Origin: Candidatus Multivorans sp.
Lineage (GTDB): Bacteria > Acidobacteriota > Thermoanaerobaculia > Multivoradales > Multivoraceae
NCBI GenBank assembly: GCA_965247095.1
Contig: OZ251997.1
Location: 2,304,001 to 2,368,000 of the forward strand
Length of the DNA stretch: 64,000 bases
Direction of reading: 5' to 3'
Made by a program: the position numbers and the translations under genes. This document shows, piece after piece, positions 1 to 8,591 of the stretch (within the stretch, counting starts at the first letter, position 1; each line of letters begins with the position of its first letter). A model generated the notes under the pieces. It did no database searches and was not told where the DNA came from. It saw nothing but the letters and a program-made list of their open reading frames with translations.

Positions 1-1
1 A

Positions 2-2503
2 CGCGCGGTCACGATCGACGACGGCGAACCCTGGCGCCTTGGCCTGCAGTTGGAAATCGCGGCAGCCAGCCGGGTCCGGCTGCGCGGTCTGCTCAAGCGC
101 GGCGACGAAACCGTACCGCTGAGTCGTGCCGCGCTCGTTCTGCCCTTCCCAAACGGCGACGGAACGGCCCCCGATGCCGGGTCGGGCGGGCAGGGCAACA
201 TGCTGCTCCTGCTCGACGACGCCATCGGCCGGTTCCATCTCGATCCGCGGCGAGATCAACCCTGGTATGCGCTGCTCGGCAACAGCGGCGATCTCGTGAT
301 CCCGGATGAAGACCTCGAAGCCGCGGTCACCAGCCTGCTGGAGCTGCCTTCGTTGCCGCCACTCGAGCTCCCGCAAGAGGTCTATCTGTCGGAGGAATCG
401 CCCGTCCCTCAGCCTCGTCTGGCACTCGAGCCGGAGGACACTCCCGAGTGGATGAACCCTCAGCTCGAGGCCCGACTCTCGTTCGGCTACGGCGGCCTGA
501 CCGTCGACGCGGGCGATCTGCGGTCCGCAGTCGTCGACTGGGAGGAGCACCGCTTCGTTCGCCGCAACCTGAAGACGGAGCAGGACGCGCTCGTCAGGCT
601 GCTCGAGCTGGGCCTGAAGCCGGTCGCGTCGAAGAGCGGGCACAGCCTGGAACTCGAGCCGCGTGACCTGCCGGCGGTCGCGGAGCCGCTGCTCCTCGAG
701 GGCTGGGAGGTCGAGGCCCACGGCGCCTCGATCCGATCGCCGAGTCCGCCGGCACTGCGTATCGAGAGCGGCGTCGACTGGTTCGAGCTCAGCGGACAGA
801 TCGAGTTCGACGGCGATCAGATCGAGTTCTCGGAGATCCTCGCCGCGATCTTGGACGGTCGCCGGTCCGTCCAACTGGATGACGGCTCCAAGGGACTGCT
901 CCCCGCGGCCTGGGTCGAGAACTACGGCTCGCTGAGTCAACTGGCACAGGACTCGAGCGAAGAGGGTCTGCGCTTCCTCCCTTCCCAGGCGTTACTCGTC
1001 GACGCGCTGCTGGCGGTCACGCCGCCGGTCAACGTGAGCAAGACCTTTGCCGAGCTGCGCGAGAAGCTGAGCACCTTCTCTTCGATCAAAGCCAAGAAGG
1101 AACCCCGCAGCTTCGTCGGCACGCTCCGTAGCTACCAACGGCTTGGCTTGGGCTGGCTCTGTTTCCTGCGCGAGTTCGGCCTCGGCGGCGTACTCGCCGA
1201 CGACATGGGGCTAGGCAAGACAATCCAGGCGCTGGCGTTTCTGCGCACGTTCCGCACAGCGTCGAAGACGACCAAGCTGCCCTATCTCGTCGTCGCGCCG
1301 CGCAGCCTCGTCTACAACTGGATCGACGAGGCCGCCCGCTTCACGCCCGACCTGAAGGTCCTCGAGTACGCGGGACGCGACCGCGAGAACCTCCGCGACG
1401 AGTTCAAGACTGCCGACGTCGTGGTCACGACCTACGGCACCGTGCGCCGCGACATCGGCTACCTGGCCACGGTCGAGTTCGACACCGTGATCCTGGACGA
1501 AGCACAGGCAATCAAGAACGCGGCCTCGCAGACCGCCAAGGCCTGCCGCCTGCTGGACGGCCAGAACCGTCTCGCCCTGACCGGCACGCCGATCGAGAAC
1601 CACCTCGGCGAACTGGGCTCGATCTTCGAGTTCCTCAACCCGGGGCTGCTCGGTCGACTGCCGGCGCTCGATGTGCTGGCCGGCGGCCGGGTGCCGAGCC
1701 AGCGAGAACTGGCGCTGGTCGCCAAGGGTCTGCGTCCGTTCATCCTTCGCCGCACCAAGGAGCAGGTGCTGCCCGATCTGCCCGCGAAAACAGAGCAGAT
1801 CCTGCAATGCACCCTGAACCCGAGGCAGCAGGAGCTCTACGACCAGCTCCGCGCGGGCTATCGCGACAGCCTGCTGCAGCAGGTCGAGGACAAGGGAGTC
1901 GCCGGATCGACCATGCAAGTGCTCGAGGCGCTGCTGCGGCTCCGCCAGGTGGCCTGCCACCCGGGCCTGATCGACGAGGCGTGGGAGGAAGCCGGCAGCG
2001 CCAAGCTCGAATCCCTGTTCGAGCAGGTCTCCGAAGTCCTCGACGAGGGCCACAAGTGCCTCGTCTTCTCGCAGTTCACGTCGCTTCTGGCTTACGTCCG
2101 CCGTCATCTCGAAGAGAAGGACGTGCCCTACGCCTACCTTGACGGCCAGACACGGAACCGGGGCGAAGTCGTTGAGCACTTCCAGACCGACCCGGACTGC
2201 AACATCTTCCTGATCAGCCTGAAGGCCGGCGGCGTCGGCCTGAACCTGACCGCGGCCGGCTACGTCTTCCTGCTCGACCCGTGGTGGAACCCGGCAGTGG
2301 AGGCGCAGGCGATCGATCGCACGCACCGCATCGGCCAGACCCAGCCCGTGTTCGCCTATCGCCTGATCGCGCGCGACACCGTCGAAGAGAAGATGCTCGA
2401 ACTGCAGCGCTCCAAGCGGAAGATCGCCGACGCGATCCTCGAAGGCGGCGGATCGTCCCTGCGCGATCTGACCGCTGACGATCTGCGGCTGCTGCTGAGC
2501 TGA
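2..2503 (+). CDS. SNF2-family (DEAD/DEAH-box) helicase, 5'-partial
   Basis: Frame is open from the window edge. Motifs LADDMGLGKT, ILDEAQAIKN, LTGTPIEN, SLKAGGVGLNLT and QAIDRTHRIGQ are present. Confidence 0.95.
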   Translation, partial: RAVTIDDGEPWRLGLQLEIAAASRVRLRGLLKRGDETVPLSRAALVLPFPNGDGTAPDAGSGGQGNMLLLLDDAIGRFHLDPRRDQPWYALLGNSGDLVIPDEDLEAAVTSLLELPSLPPLELPQEVYLSEESPVPQPRLALEPEDTPEWMNPQLEARLSFGYGGLTVDAGDLRSAVVDWEEHRFVRRNLKTEQDALVRLLELGLKPVASKSGHSLELEPRDLPAVAEPLLLEGWEVEAHGASIRSPSPPALRIESGVDWFELSGQIEFDGDQIEFSEILAAILDGRRSVQLDDGSKGLLPAAWVENYGSLSQLAQDSSEEGLRFLPSQALLVDALLAVTPPVNVSKTFAELREKLSTFSSIKAKKEPRSFVGTLRSYQRLGLGWLCFLREFGLGGVLADDMGLGKTIQALAFLRTFRTASKTTKLPYLVVAPRSLVYNWIDEAARFTPDLKVLEYAGRDRENLRDEFKTADVVVTTYGTVRRDIGYLATVEFDTVILDEAQAIKNAASQTAKACRLLDGQNRLALTGTPIENHLGELGSIFEFLNPGLLGRLPALDVLAGGRVPSQRELALVAKGLRPFILRRTKEQVLPDLPAKTEQILQCTLNPRQQELYDQLRAGYRDSLLQQVEDKGVAGSTMQVLEALLRLRQVACHPGLIDEAWEEAGSAKLESLFEQVSEVLDEGHKCLVFSQFTSLLAYVRRHLEEKDVPYAYLDGQTRNRGEVVEHFQTDPDCNIFLISLKAGGVGLNLTAAGYVFLLDPWWNPAVEAQAIDRTHRIGQTQPVFAYRLIARDTVEEKMLELQRSKRKIADAILEGGGSSLRDLTADDLRLLLS

Positions 2504-2528
2504 CGCGCCGCACATCGGCCTCCTGAAG

Positions 2529-2567
2529 AGGCCTTCGGAACCCGAATCCGGGTTCCGAAGGCCTTTT
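2529..2567 (+). terminator. Probable intrinsic terminator
   Basis: Perfect 16-bp stem aggccttcggaacccg/cgggttccgaaggcct with a 4-nt loop, followed by a short T run, 25 nt after the helicase stop. Confidence 0.75.
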
Positions 2568-2917
2568 CGCGTCTTAGTCAATGAACGCCGCCGCTGAACC
2601 CGCGGCGCACAACTTCGACGCACCGAAAGAACGATGACGCTCCTGAACTCCCCTCGCAACCCCCGCACACCGCTCCCGAACTCCCTCCCGGACTCCTTCC
2701 CGGACTCCTTCCGACATGAGCCGGGCGCCTACACCAGCAGCGTCTTGAGACTTCGACTCGCGGAGCCTCCCACCCGGACCCTTGAAGCACACCTCGCACA
2801 CGCGCTCCAGATGCTCGGCGCCCGTTCAGCGCCGCTCATCTCCATGCTGCGCTTCCAGGCCCGCCCTCGCCCCTCGGCCCACCGACATGCGAACTACGGT
2901 CACCAGGGGCGCCGGCC

Positions 2918-3424
2918 ATGAACCGCCGCCGAATCGCCATCGCGATCGTCGCTCTGGCCGTCCTCGGCCCTATCGGCGCTCTGTTCTGGTTCGAGTCCAG
3001 GCTCGAAGCAAGACTGTCTCAGCGACCCGAAGTCGGCATGGTGTTCCCCGCCCTGCCGGGCCTCGCCGATGGCGAGTCCCTGCCGGCCTCTCCGGGCCGG
3101 CTTCGGGTCGTTACTTTCGCCAAGGCCGGCTGCGGCAACTGCGACCGCACGATCGCCACGTTCCGGCGACTCGCGGCGGACGGTGAGCACGACCTCGACC
3201 TGATCGCGGTCGTCGCGGCCGCTGAAACGACCGGCCTCGACGACACGGCCACTCTGCGCTCGATCGCCGACCCCGACGCCTCGGTATCCAAGCGCTTCGG
3301 CGTGATCCACGTGCCGCTCGTCTTTCTGGTCGACGAGCACTCCCGCGTCCAGGCCGTCACAACCGGCGAACGGCCCGAGGCCGCTTGGCGCTCCTTTCTG
3401 GGAATCGAGAACGATGCGCTCTGA
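2918..3424 (+). CDS. Membrane-anchored thioredoxin-like (TlpA/redoxin) protein
   Basis: N-terminal RRR plus hydrophobic helix, CGNC (CxxC) motif, and DPDASVSKRFGVIHVPLVFLVD cis-Pro loop typical of redoxins. Confidence 0.8.
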   Translation: MNRRRIAIAIVALAVLGPIGALFWFESRLEARLSQRPEVGMVFPALPGLADGESLPASPGRLRVVTFAKAGCGNCDRTIATFRRLAADGEHDLDLIAVVAAAETTGLDDTATLRSIADPDASVSKRFGVIHVPLVFLVDEHSRVQAVTTGERPEAAWRSFLGIENDAL

Positions 3425-3965
3425 TCCGTCTGATACGGCCCGCCGTCGACGGTTGGCTGCCGCCGGGCTCATCCTCGCCACCGGCCTCGTTGCGGTCGCC
3501 GTCCGCGCTGTCGGACCCACCCTGGACCGCCTTTCCTGGGCAACCTCCACCGACCCATCGGCGCCGGGACCCGGCCAGATCGTTCGGCAACAGAAGCGCT
3601 CCGACTGCGGCCCGGCCGCACTCAAGATGATCCTCGATCACTACGGCGTCACCGGCATCACGCTCGCCGAGCTGGAGGTCGCCACCGGCACCGGCCCGGA
3701 CGGCACCAGCATGCTCGCCTTGAAGAAGACCGCCGAGCAAAGCGGTCTCGCCAGCCAGGGCCTCCGCCTGCCGGTGGAGCGGCTGTACGACATCCCGATG
3801 CCCGCGATCGCCCATGTCCACGGCGATCACTTCGTCGTCATTCGCAGCGCCGGCGAGGAACTGGTCATCGACGACCCGTCCCTGGGCCGCCTGCGCATGA
3901 GCGCCCGAACATTCGAACGCTCCTGGGACGGCGTCGTCCTCGCCTTCACCGGAGGGACCCACTGA
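3414..3965 (+). CDS. Stand-alone C39-family cysteine peptidase with N-terminal membrane anchor
   Basis: QQKRSDCGPAAL (oxyanion Gln and catalytic Cys), HFVV (catalytic His), IDDPSLG and WDGVVL. No ABC domain. RRRR plus hydrophobic N-terminus. Overlaps the redoxin stop. Confidence 0.88.
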   Translation: MRSDPSDTARRRRLAAAGLILATGLVAVAVRAVGPTLDRLSWATSTDPSAPGPGQIVRQQKRSDCGPAALKMILDHYGVTGITLAELEVATGTGPDGTSMLALKKTAEQSGLASQGLRLPVERLYDIPMPAIAHVHGDHFVVIRSAGEELVIDDPSLGRLRMSARTFERSWDGVVLAFTGGTH

Positions 3966-4154
3966 TTCCGCGGACGGAACGAAACCCGTCCATTTCACCA
4001 AAAACCCGTAACAACTCCAAAAGGGAGCACAACCATCAAACACTCATCCAAACGCGCCGTCGGACCGATTCCCGGCGTCGCCTCTTCGACGAACCCACAC
4101 ACCATGAATCACCACGTCCCCTTCACACACACAACACCGAAAGGACGCCCCTCC

Positions 4155-4475
4155 ATGAAAACGCGTATCGCCCTCCTGTCCGGACTTCTGACTCTCGCCG
4201 CCGGCGCCGCCCTTGCGACTCCGACGACACAGAGCGTGACGGCAGCCGACCAGGACCAGGACCAGGTCCTGACCGCCTGGGATGGCGACTGGGCCATTCC
4301 CGCGGCCGCCTACTCCCTCAGCGTTCCGACGACTGAGCAAGAGCCCATCGAACTCGCCGTCTACTGGCCCTGCGGCTGCATACCCCTTCCCGGCTGTCCG
4401 TTCCCGATGCCCTGGCCCGGCGGCCCGATCTTCAGTCCGTTCCCACTCCCGGACTCCTGCAAGTGCCCGTTCTAA
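4155..4475 (+). CDS. Secreted peptide precursor 1 (signal peptide, acidic spacer, Pro/Cys-rich C-terminus)
   Basis: aaagga RBS. MKTRIALLSGLLTLAAGAALA signal. C-terminus WPCGCIPLPGCPFPMPWPGGPIFSPFPLPDSCKCPF has 5 Cys. Confidence 0.7.
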   Translation: MKTRIALLSGLLTLAAGAALATPTTQSVTAADQDQDQVLTAWDGDWAIPAAAYSLSVPTTEQEPIELAVYWPCGCIPLPGCPFPMPWPGGPIFSPFPLPDSCKCPF

Positions 4476-4525
4476 ACCCCTTCCGCCACGGCGCTTCCAC
4501 ACCAATCCCCAACCAACCCAACTCA

Positions 4526-4864
4526 ATGATCAACGTACACAAACGTGCCGGCGCCATATTGCTCACTCTCGCCGCCCTCGCAGCGTCGCCAGCCGGTTCG
4601 GCTGTCGCGACGTTCGGCTCGGTATTCACCCCAGCACCCCTGGCACCGGCGGCAACACCGGAAGACACCATCAGGCCGTTGGCCGAGGCTGTCGTCTTGC
4701 AGACCGCGACCCTCGACGCCGTAACCGGCGCCATCAACTGGGGCAAGGTCGCTTGCTGGACAGGCGTCGTCGGCGTTGCGGTCGGCGCCAGTCTGGTGGG
4801 GAGTCCCGGCCTCGGTGCCGGCGCATCCGCTGCGATGGCGATCGCCTGCCTGAGTATCTACTAA
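4526..4864 (+). CDS. Bacteriocin-like precursor 2 (signal peptide, GA-type leader, hydrophobic 2-Cys core)
   Basis: Signal-like N-terminus, then VLQTATLDAVTGA|INWGKVAC...AIACLSIY. Confidence 0.75.
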   Translation: MINVHKRAGAILLTLAALAASPAGSAVATFGSVFTPAPLAPAATPEDTIRPLAEAVVLQTATLDAVTGAINWGKVACWTGVVGVAVGASLVGSPGLGAGASAAMAIACLSIY

Positions 4865-4917
4865 TGCCAGCAGTCCCTCGCATTCCTTTCTCTACAACCC
4901 AAGCCTAGGATTCTCTC

Positions 4918-5235
4918 ATGAAACAACTTACAACCACCATCGCCTGTCTATCGCTACTGGCAGGAGTGCTCGCAGTTACCCCAAACGCTCAGCTCGGCGA
5001 CCCGGACCAAACTCCTTCGGAGTCGTCCCTCACGAGATTCGCAGACATCGCGCCCGACGGAATCAAACCGATCACCGACTGGGAAGCCGCCACGGTCACC
5101 GGCACTGGCTGGAGATCCGATTTCTGGTGCGGCGCGGCCGTCGGCGCCGGTTTTGTCTTGTCGGCGACCGGTGTCTTGACGCCCGTCGGAGTTGGTTTGG
5201 CCGCCGCGGGAATCTACTGCGCTCTGTACCTGTAG
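4918..5235 (+). CDS. Bacteriocin-like precursor 3
   Basis: agga RBS, signal-like N-terminus, then PITDWEAATVTGT|GWRSDFWC...GIYCALYL. Confidence 0.78.
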   Translation: MKQLTTTIACLSLLAGVLAVTPNAQLGDPDQTPSESSLTRFADIAPDGIKPITDWEAATVTGTGWRSDFWCGAAVGAGFVLSATGVLTPVGVGLAAAGIYCALYL

Positions 5236-5324
5236 CGAGTCAGCGCTGATCTTCGCTACTCACCACTTCACGGGGAAGTCCCCACTCCCTTTCATCCATG
5301 TACTCGTAAAGGAGAATCAAACAA

Positions 5325-5624
5325 ATGAAGTTGCTGGCAATTGCACTCACCATCGCTCTCGTCTTCTCGGGGGCCGCCACTGCAGCGTCCACCACACTGG
5401 ACGTGCGGAACATCTCTCCGTCTTCCTCAATCCAGGAGGTCGTCCTTCTCGACGACGTCCTGCTGGATGTCACCAGAGGCGGCCTCAACCGGGTCGCGTG
5501 CATCGGCGTGGCCATCGGTCTCGGACTGGGTGGGCTCGTGGCCGGTGCAGTCACAGGGGGCGTTGGTTGGGCTCTGGCCGGAGCATACGCTCCGGCTGTT
5601 GGAGCCTTGCTGTGCTCGCTCTGA
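5325..5624 (+). CDS. Bacteriocin-like precursor 4 (canonical GG)
   Basis: aaggag RBS. MKLLAIALTIALVFSGAATA signal, then LLDDVLLDVTRGG|LNRVAC...ALLCSL with GxxxG repeats. Confidence 0.8.
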   Translation: MKLLAIALTIALVFSGAATAASTTLDVRNISPSSSIQEVVLLDDVLLDVTRGGLNRVACIGVAIGLGLGGLVAGAVTGGVGWALAGAYAPAVGALLCSL

Positions 5625-5819
5625 CTTGAGCAGGATCGGTTAAGGAATGTCACTGGGGAAGGACTCGATGGCTGTGTTGACGCGGGAAAGGAAGCGGTTG
5701 ACAGCTCGGCTGCACTCTAGGACCGCGGCAAGCCAGCCAAATGAGAGTGCGGTGGCTCTCCGCCGTGCTCGTTTCTCATCGCCCCACTCCCATCGGGTCC
5801 TTCGCCAGAGCCCTCGGCT

Positions 5820-5856
5820 GCGGCTCGACGGGGTCATCTTGACTCCGTCGAGCCGC
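5820..5856 (+). terminator. Strong hairpin downstream of the precursor array (possible terminator or mRNA stabiliser)
   Basis: 17-bp stem gcggctcgacggggtca/tgactccgtcgagccgc with one G-U pair and a 3-nt loop. The T tail is weak. Confidence 0.4.
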
Positions 5857-5914
5857 TTCCACGCAAAGTTGGCTTGCTCACCCAAGAGGGTCGGGCCAAT
5901 AGCCGCAAGGATGT

Positions 5915-5944
5915 TTGACGGACGCTACAGGTGCGGAGTAGCGT
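5915..5944 (+). promoter_or_regulatory. Sigma70-like promoter overlapped by a 12-bp inverted repeat
   Basis: TTGACG-N18-TAGCGT. Inverted repeat gacggacgctac/gtagcgtccgtc at 5917-5949. Same position relative to the conserved element as the promoter at 9559. Confidence 0.55.
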
Positions 5945-5950
5945 CCGTCT

Positions 5951-6094
5951 GTTGGTCGTCAGAGGCGCAGTGGGCCTGCGAGCCGGACCCCCTGCTAGAC
6001 CTAGCCGTCGCCCCTGGGCTTAGGGTCGCTCCCTTCGTCAGGCGAGTCTGCGGGGGGTCTCGTTTGCCCTGTGCAGTGCGGCCGATTCGGCCCG
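5951..6094 (+). ncRNA. Candidate structured RNA, copy 1
   Basis: Homologous to 9595-9736 (38 of the first 46 nt identical). The closing stem pairs well only on the + strand, through G-U pairs. Confidence 0.55.
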
Positions 6095-6157
6095 CCACCA
6101 GTCCAGGTGCCGGCGCACCTTCACCGAAAGCCGGCTAGAGCGAACGCGAAGGACTCG

Positions 6158-7771
6158 ATGGCGACGTTGACGAACCCGGGCAGCCGAGTGGACCTGCTGC
6201 TGACCCTTGCACGGCTGTCGTTCCCGGACGCCGTGCGGAGGGCCAACCAACCGGTGGCGGTGGCGATCCTGATCGCCGTCCTGTTTCTGGTGTCCGCGAC
6301 CGTCGCCACACTGGGCCTTCTGCCCGTTCTCTTCACGATCGAGAGTGACGGCCTGCGGCGGAATCTGTTGAACCTGATCGCCTGCTCCATCACGGCACTC
6401 GGGCTGCTCGCCCAGGTGGCGCTTCGAGCGCCGGTCACGTGGCTGCTCGATCTGGAGGACCTGCTGCGGCTGCCGGTGGGTTTTCGAGACCTGTACGGAC
6501 TCCGTCTCGCGCTGAGCACGATCGGGTACTGGCTGCTCGTTCTCGGTCCCGCCGGCGCCTATCTCACGGTCATGAGGTCGGGAGGGGTCGCTGGAGTGCC
6601 GGTCACGTTGCTGGGCATCCTGAGTCTGGTCTGGATCTTCGGCCGTCTGGCGGCGATCCTGTCGCTTCTGGCCCACCGTTGGGTCGAAGGTGCGCTCGGC
6701 ACACTGGCCATGCTGGTGATCATGGCGCTCGGCCAACTCGCGCTCCTCGTCGGCGCAATGGCCTTCGGAGGAGAGCTCGATTCCGAGGGAGTCACTCAGA
6801 CAATCGAAGCTTCCGCGGTTCTCGGCGGTCTCGGCTACACGCCGCCGGGGCTTGTCGCCGGCATCGTCCACGAACCGGGCTGGTCGGCGCCGAATCTGGC
6901 GAGATTCGCAAGTCTGCTCGCCGTTCTCGGCGTCTTGATCGTGCTGGAGAACCGGCTCCTTCTTCGCCGCTACCTCGATCGGCCCGGTGGTGACCGCCGC
7001 ACCGCTTCCGGAGTACTGCCTCTGGCGCGGATGCTCCGCGGGTCGCGCCGCCTCACTCCCTTGGGCGCTCTCACCATGCTCGAGACGGAATGCCTGTTGC
7101 GCCTCAAACCGGCGCGCATGGTTCTGGCAATCATGGCCGCCTTCGCCCTGGTCTGGGTGCCTACCCTTGCCGGTCTCGCGGTGGGTCTGGCTGGGATCTA
7201 CGTTGTGGCTCTGCACGAGTTCCGGGTGCGGAAGCAACCCCCGACCTGCTACGTATGGCGGGAATCGCTCACCCTTCCCCTCTCCGTTCAGCGGATCTTC
7301 CGGGCGCCCGGCCGTGCGCCCAACGTGGTGATCGCCTTGCTTGTCGCGTTCATCTTCGGCCTGACGCCGCTCGACTGGTTCGGGTGGCCATTCTTCCTCG
7401 TCGCGTCCTGCCTGATGCTCGCCAGCATCGTGCTGGGCACAGCCGCATACGGCCTGATCCAGCTCTACTGGCCTCAACGGAGTGCGGGGCTCACCGACAG
7501 CCCGAACAGCTCGAAGTTCGGGGCCTCTCTACTGCTTCCACAGTTGGCCTTTGGCCCGGCCTTCCTCTCGTTCCTCTTGTACGTGCTCTACGAAGGGCAG
7601 CGCGTCAGCCCGCTGACTGCCGGCCTCATCGCGATTGCCGTGCTACTCCTCGCAGCCGCGGCCGCATACGCCTCGCGCCGGTGGCAGGCACGCATCCTCA
7701 AGGCCCGCGGCCGCGAACTCCTCCTCGACAACCCCGCCGAAGACCCTCCGAAGCCATCGAGCCCCCCCTGA
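6158..7771 (+). CDS. Multi-pass membrane protein, putative ABC-2-type permease
   Basis: Many hydrophobic helices, LLRLPV motif, aagga RBS, directly upstream of an ABC ATPase. Confidence 0.75.
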   Translation: MATLTNPGSRVDLLLTLARLSFPDAVRRANQPVAVAILIAVLFLVSATVATLGLLPVLFTIESDGLRRNLLNLIACSITALGLLAQVALRAPVTWLLDLEDLLRLPVGFRDLYGLRLALSTIGYWLLVLGPAGAYLTVMRSGGVAGVPVTLLGILSLVWIFGRLAAILSLLAHRWVEGALGTLAMLVIMALGQLALLVGAMAFGGELDSEGVTQTIEASAVLGGLGYTPPGLVAGIVHEPGWSAPNLARFASLLAVLGVLIVLENRLLLRRYLDRPGGDRRTASGVLPLARMLRGSRRLTPLGALTMLETECLLRLKPARMVLAIMAAFALVWVPTLAGLAVGLAGIYVVALHEFRVRKQPPTCYVWRESLTLPLSVQRIFRAPGRAPNVVIALLVAFIFGLTPLDWFGWPFFLVASCLMLASIVLGTAAYGLIQLYWPQRSAGLTDSPNSSKFGASLLLPQLAFGPAFLSFLLYVLYEGQRVSPLTAGLIAIAVLLLAAAAAYASRRWQARILKARGRELLLDNPAEDPPKPSSPP

Positions 7772-7802
7772 CCACCCACAACCACAAGGAACCCCTGAAC
7801 CA

Positions 7803-8591
7803 ATGGAAGCAATCAAGGCAGACAATCTGACCCGGTCCTTCGGCGGCAACGTCGTCGTCGACGGCGTGGATCTCGATGTCCAGGAGGGTCAGATCCTGGG
7901 TTTCGTCGGTCCCAACGGGGCGGGCAAGACGACGACCTGGTCGATGCTGACCGGGCTGCTCCAACCCACGAGCGGCACGGTCCGACTGCTGGGCAAGCCG
8001 GTCGACGTGAACGACACGGAGCTCAAGCAGCAGCTCGGCATTGTGCCGGACCAGAGCATCCTGTTCGAGAGCCTGACCGGCGAGGAGCTGCTGTTGGCGT
8101 ACGCCCGCATCTACGGCCTGAGCCGCGAAGACGCCGGGCAACGAACCGACGAGGCACTCGCGGTCTTCGACCTCGAAGACGCCGCCAAGCGACCGATCAC
8201 GACCTACTCCCACGGCATGAGAAAGAAGATCCGCCTGGCGGCGTCGACCCTTCACGCGCCGCGGGTTCTGTTTCTCGACGAGCCGTTCGAGGGCATGGAC
8301 GCCCTCAGCGCCCGCACCGTCATGTCGATCCTGCAGCAGATGGCCGAGCAGGACGGCGTGGCCGTGTTCCTGACGTCCCACATGCTCGACTACGTCGAAC
8401 GCGTGTCGACCCATCTCGCCGTCATCAGGGACGGCAAGGTTCTCCTGTCCTGTTCCCGGGAGGAGTTCCGCGAGCTGCCCGACGCCGAGGGAGAAGACGG
8501 CGCCGGCCGGCTCGAGAACCTCATCCTCAGCATCTCCAAACGCGAGAGGTTCTCCCGCCTCTCGTGGATCGGCAACAGGAGCAAGACATGA
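7803..8591 (+). CDS. ABC transporter ATP-binding protein
   Basis: GPNGAGKTT, YSHGMRKK signature, FLDEPF and SH switch. Confidence 0.95.
   Translation: MEAIKADNLTRSFGGNVVVDGVDLDVQEGQILGFVGPNGAGKTTTWSMLTGLLQPTSGTVRLLGKPVDVNDTELKQQLGIVPDQSILFESLTGEELLLAYARIYGLSREDAGQRTDEALAVFDLEDAAKRPITTYSHGMRKKIRLAASTLHAPRVLFLDEPFEGMDALSARTVMSILQQMAEQDGVAVFLTSHMLDYVERVSTHLAVIRDGKVLLSCSREEFRELPDAEGEDGAGRLENLILSISKRERFSRLSWIGNRSKT

Noticed and set aside
1211-2668. Long antisense and alternate-frame ORFs (also 28095-29777, 30310-32643, 41801-43855, 43767-45554 and others)
   Set aside because: These are shadow ORFs expected from high-GC codon bias over well-supported genes.
2678-2713. 12-bp tandem repeat cccggactcctt and ORF 2634..2921
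   Set aside because: About three imperfect copies in low-complexity C-rich DNA, and the ORF has no protein-like features.
6062-6075. c-di-GMP-I riboswitch-like gcacagggcaaac on the - strand
   Set aside because: The rest of the GEMM consensus is missing, the homologous copy lacks the motif, and G-U pairing favours the + strand.
5668-6138. ORF between the precursors and the permease as an immunity gene
   Set aside because: It is Arg/Ser/Pro-rich with no recognisable motif and runs across hairpins, a promoter and the conserved RNA-like element.
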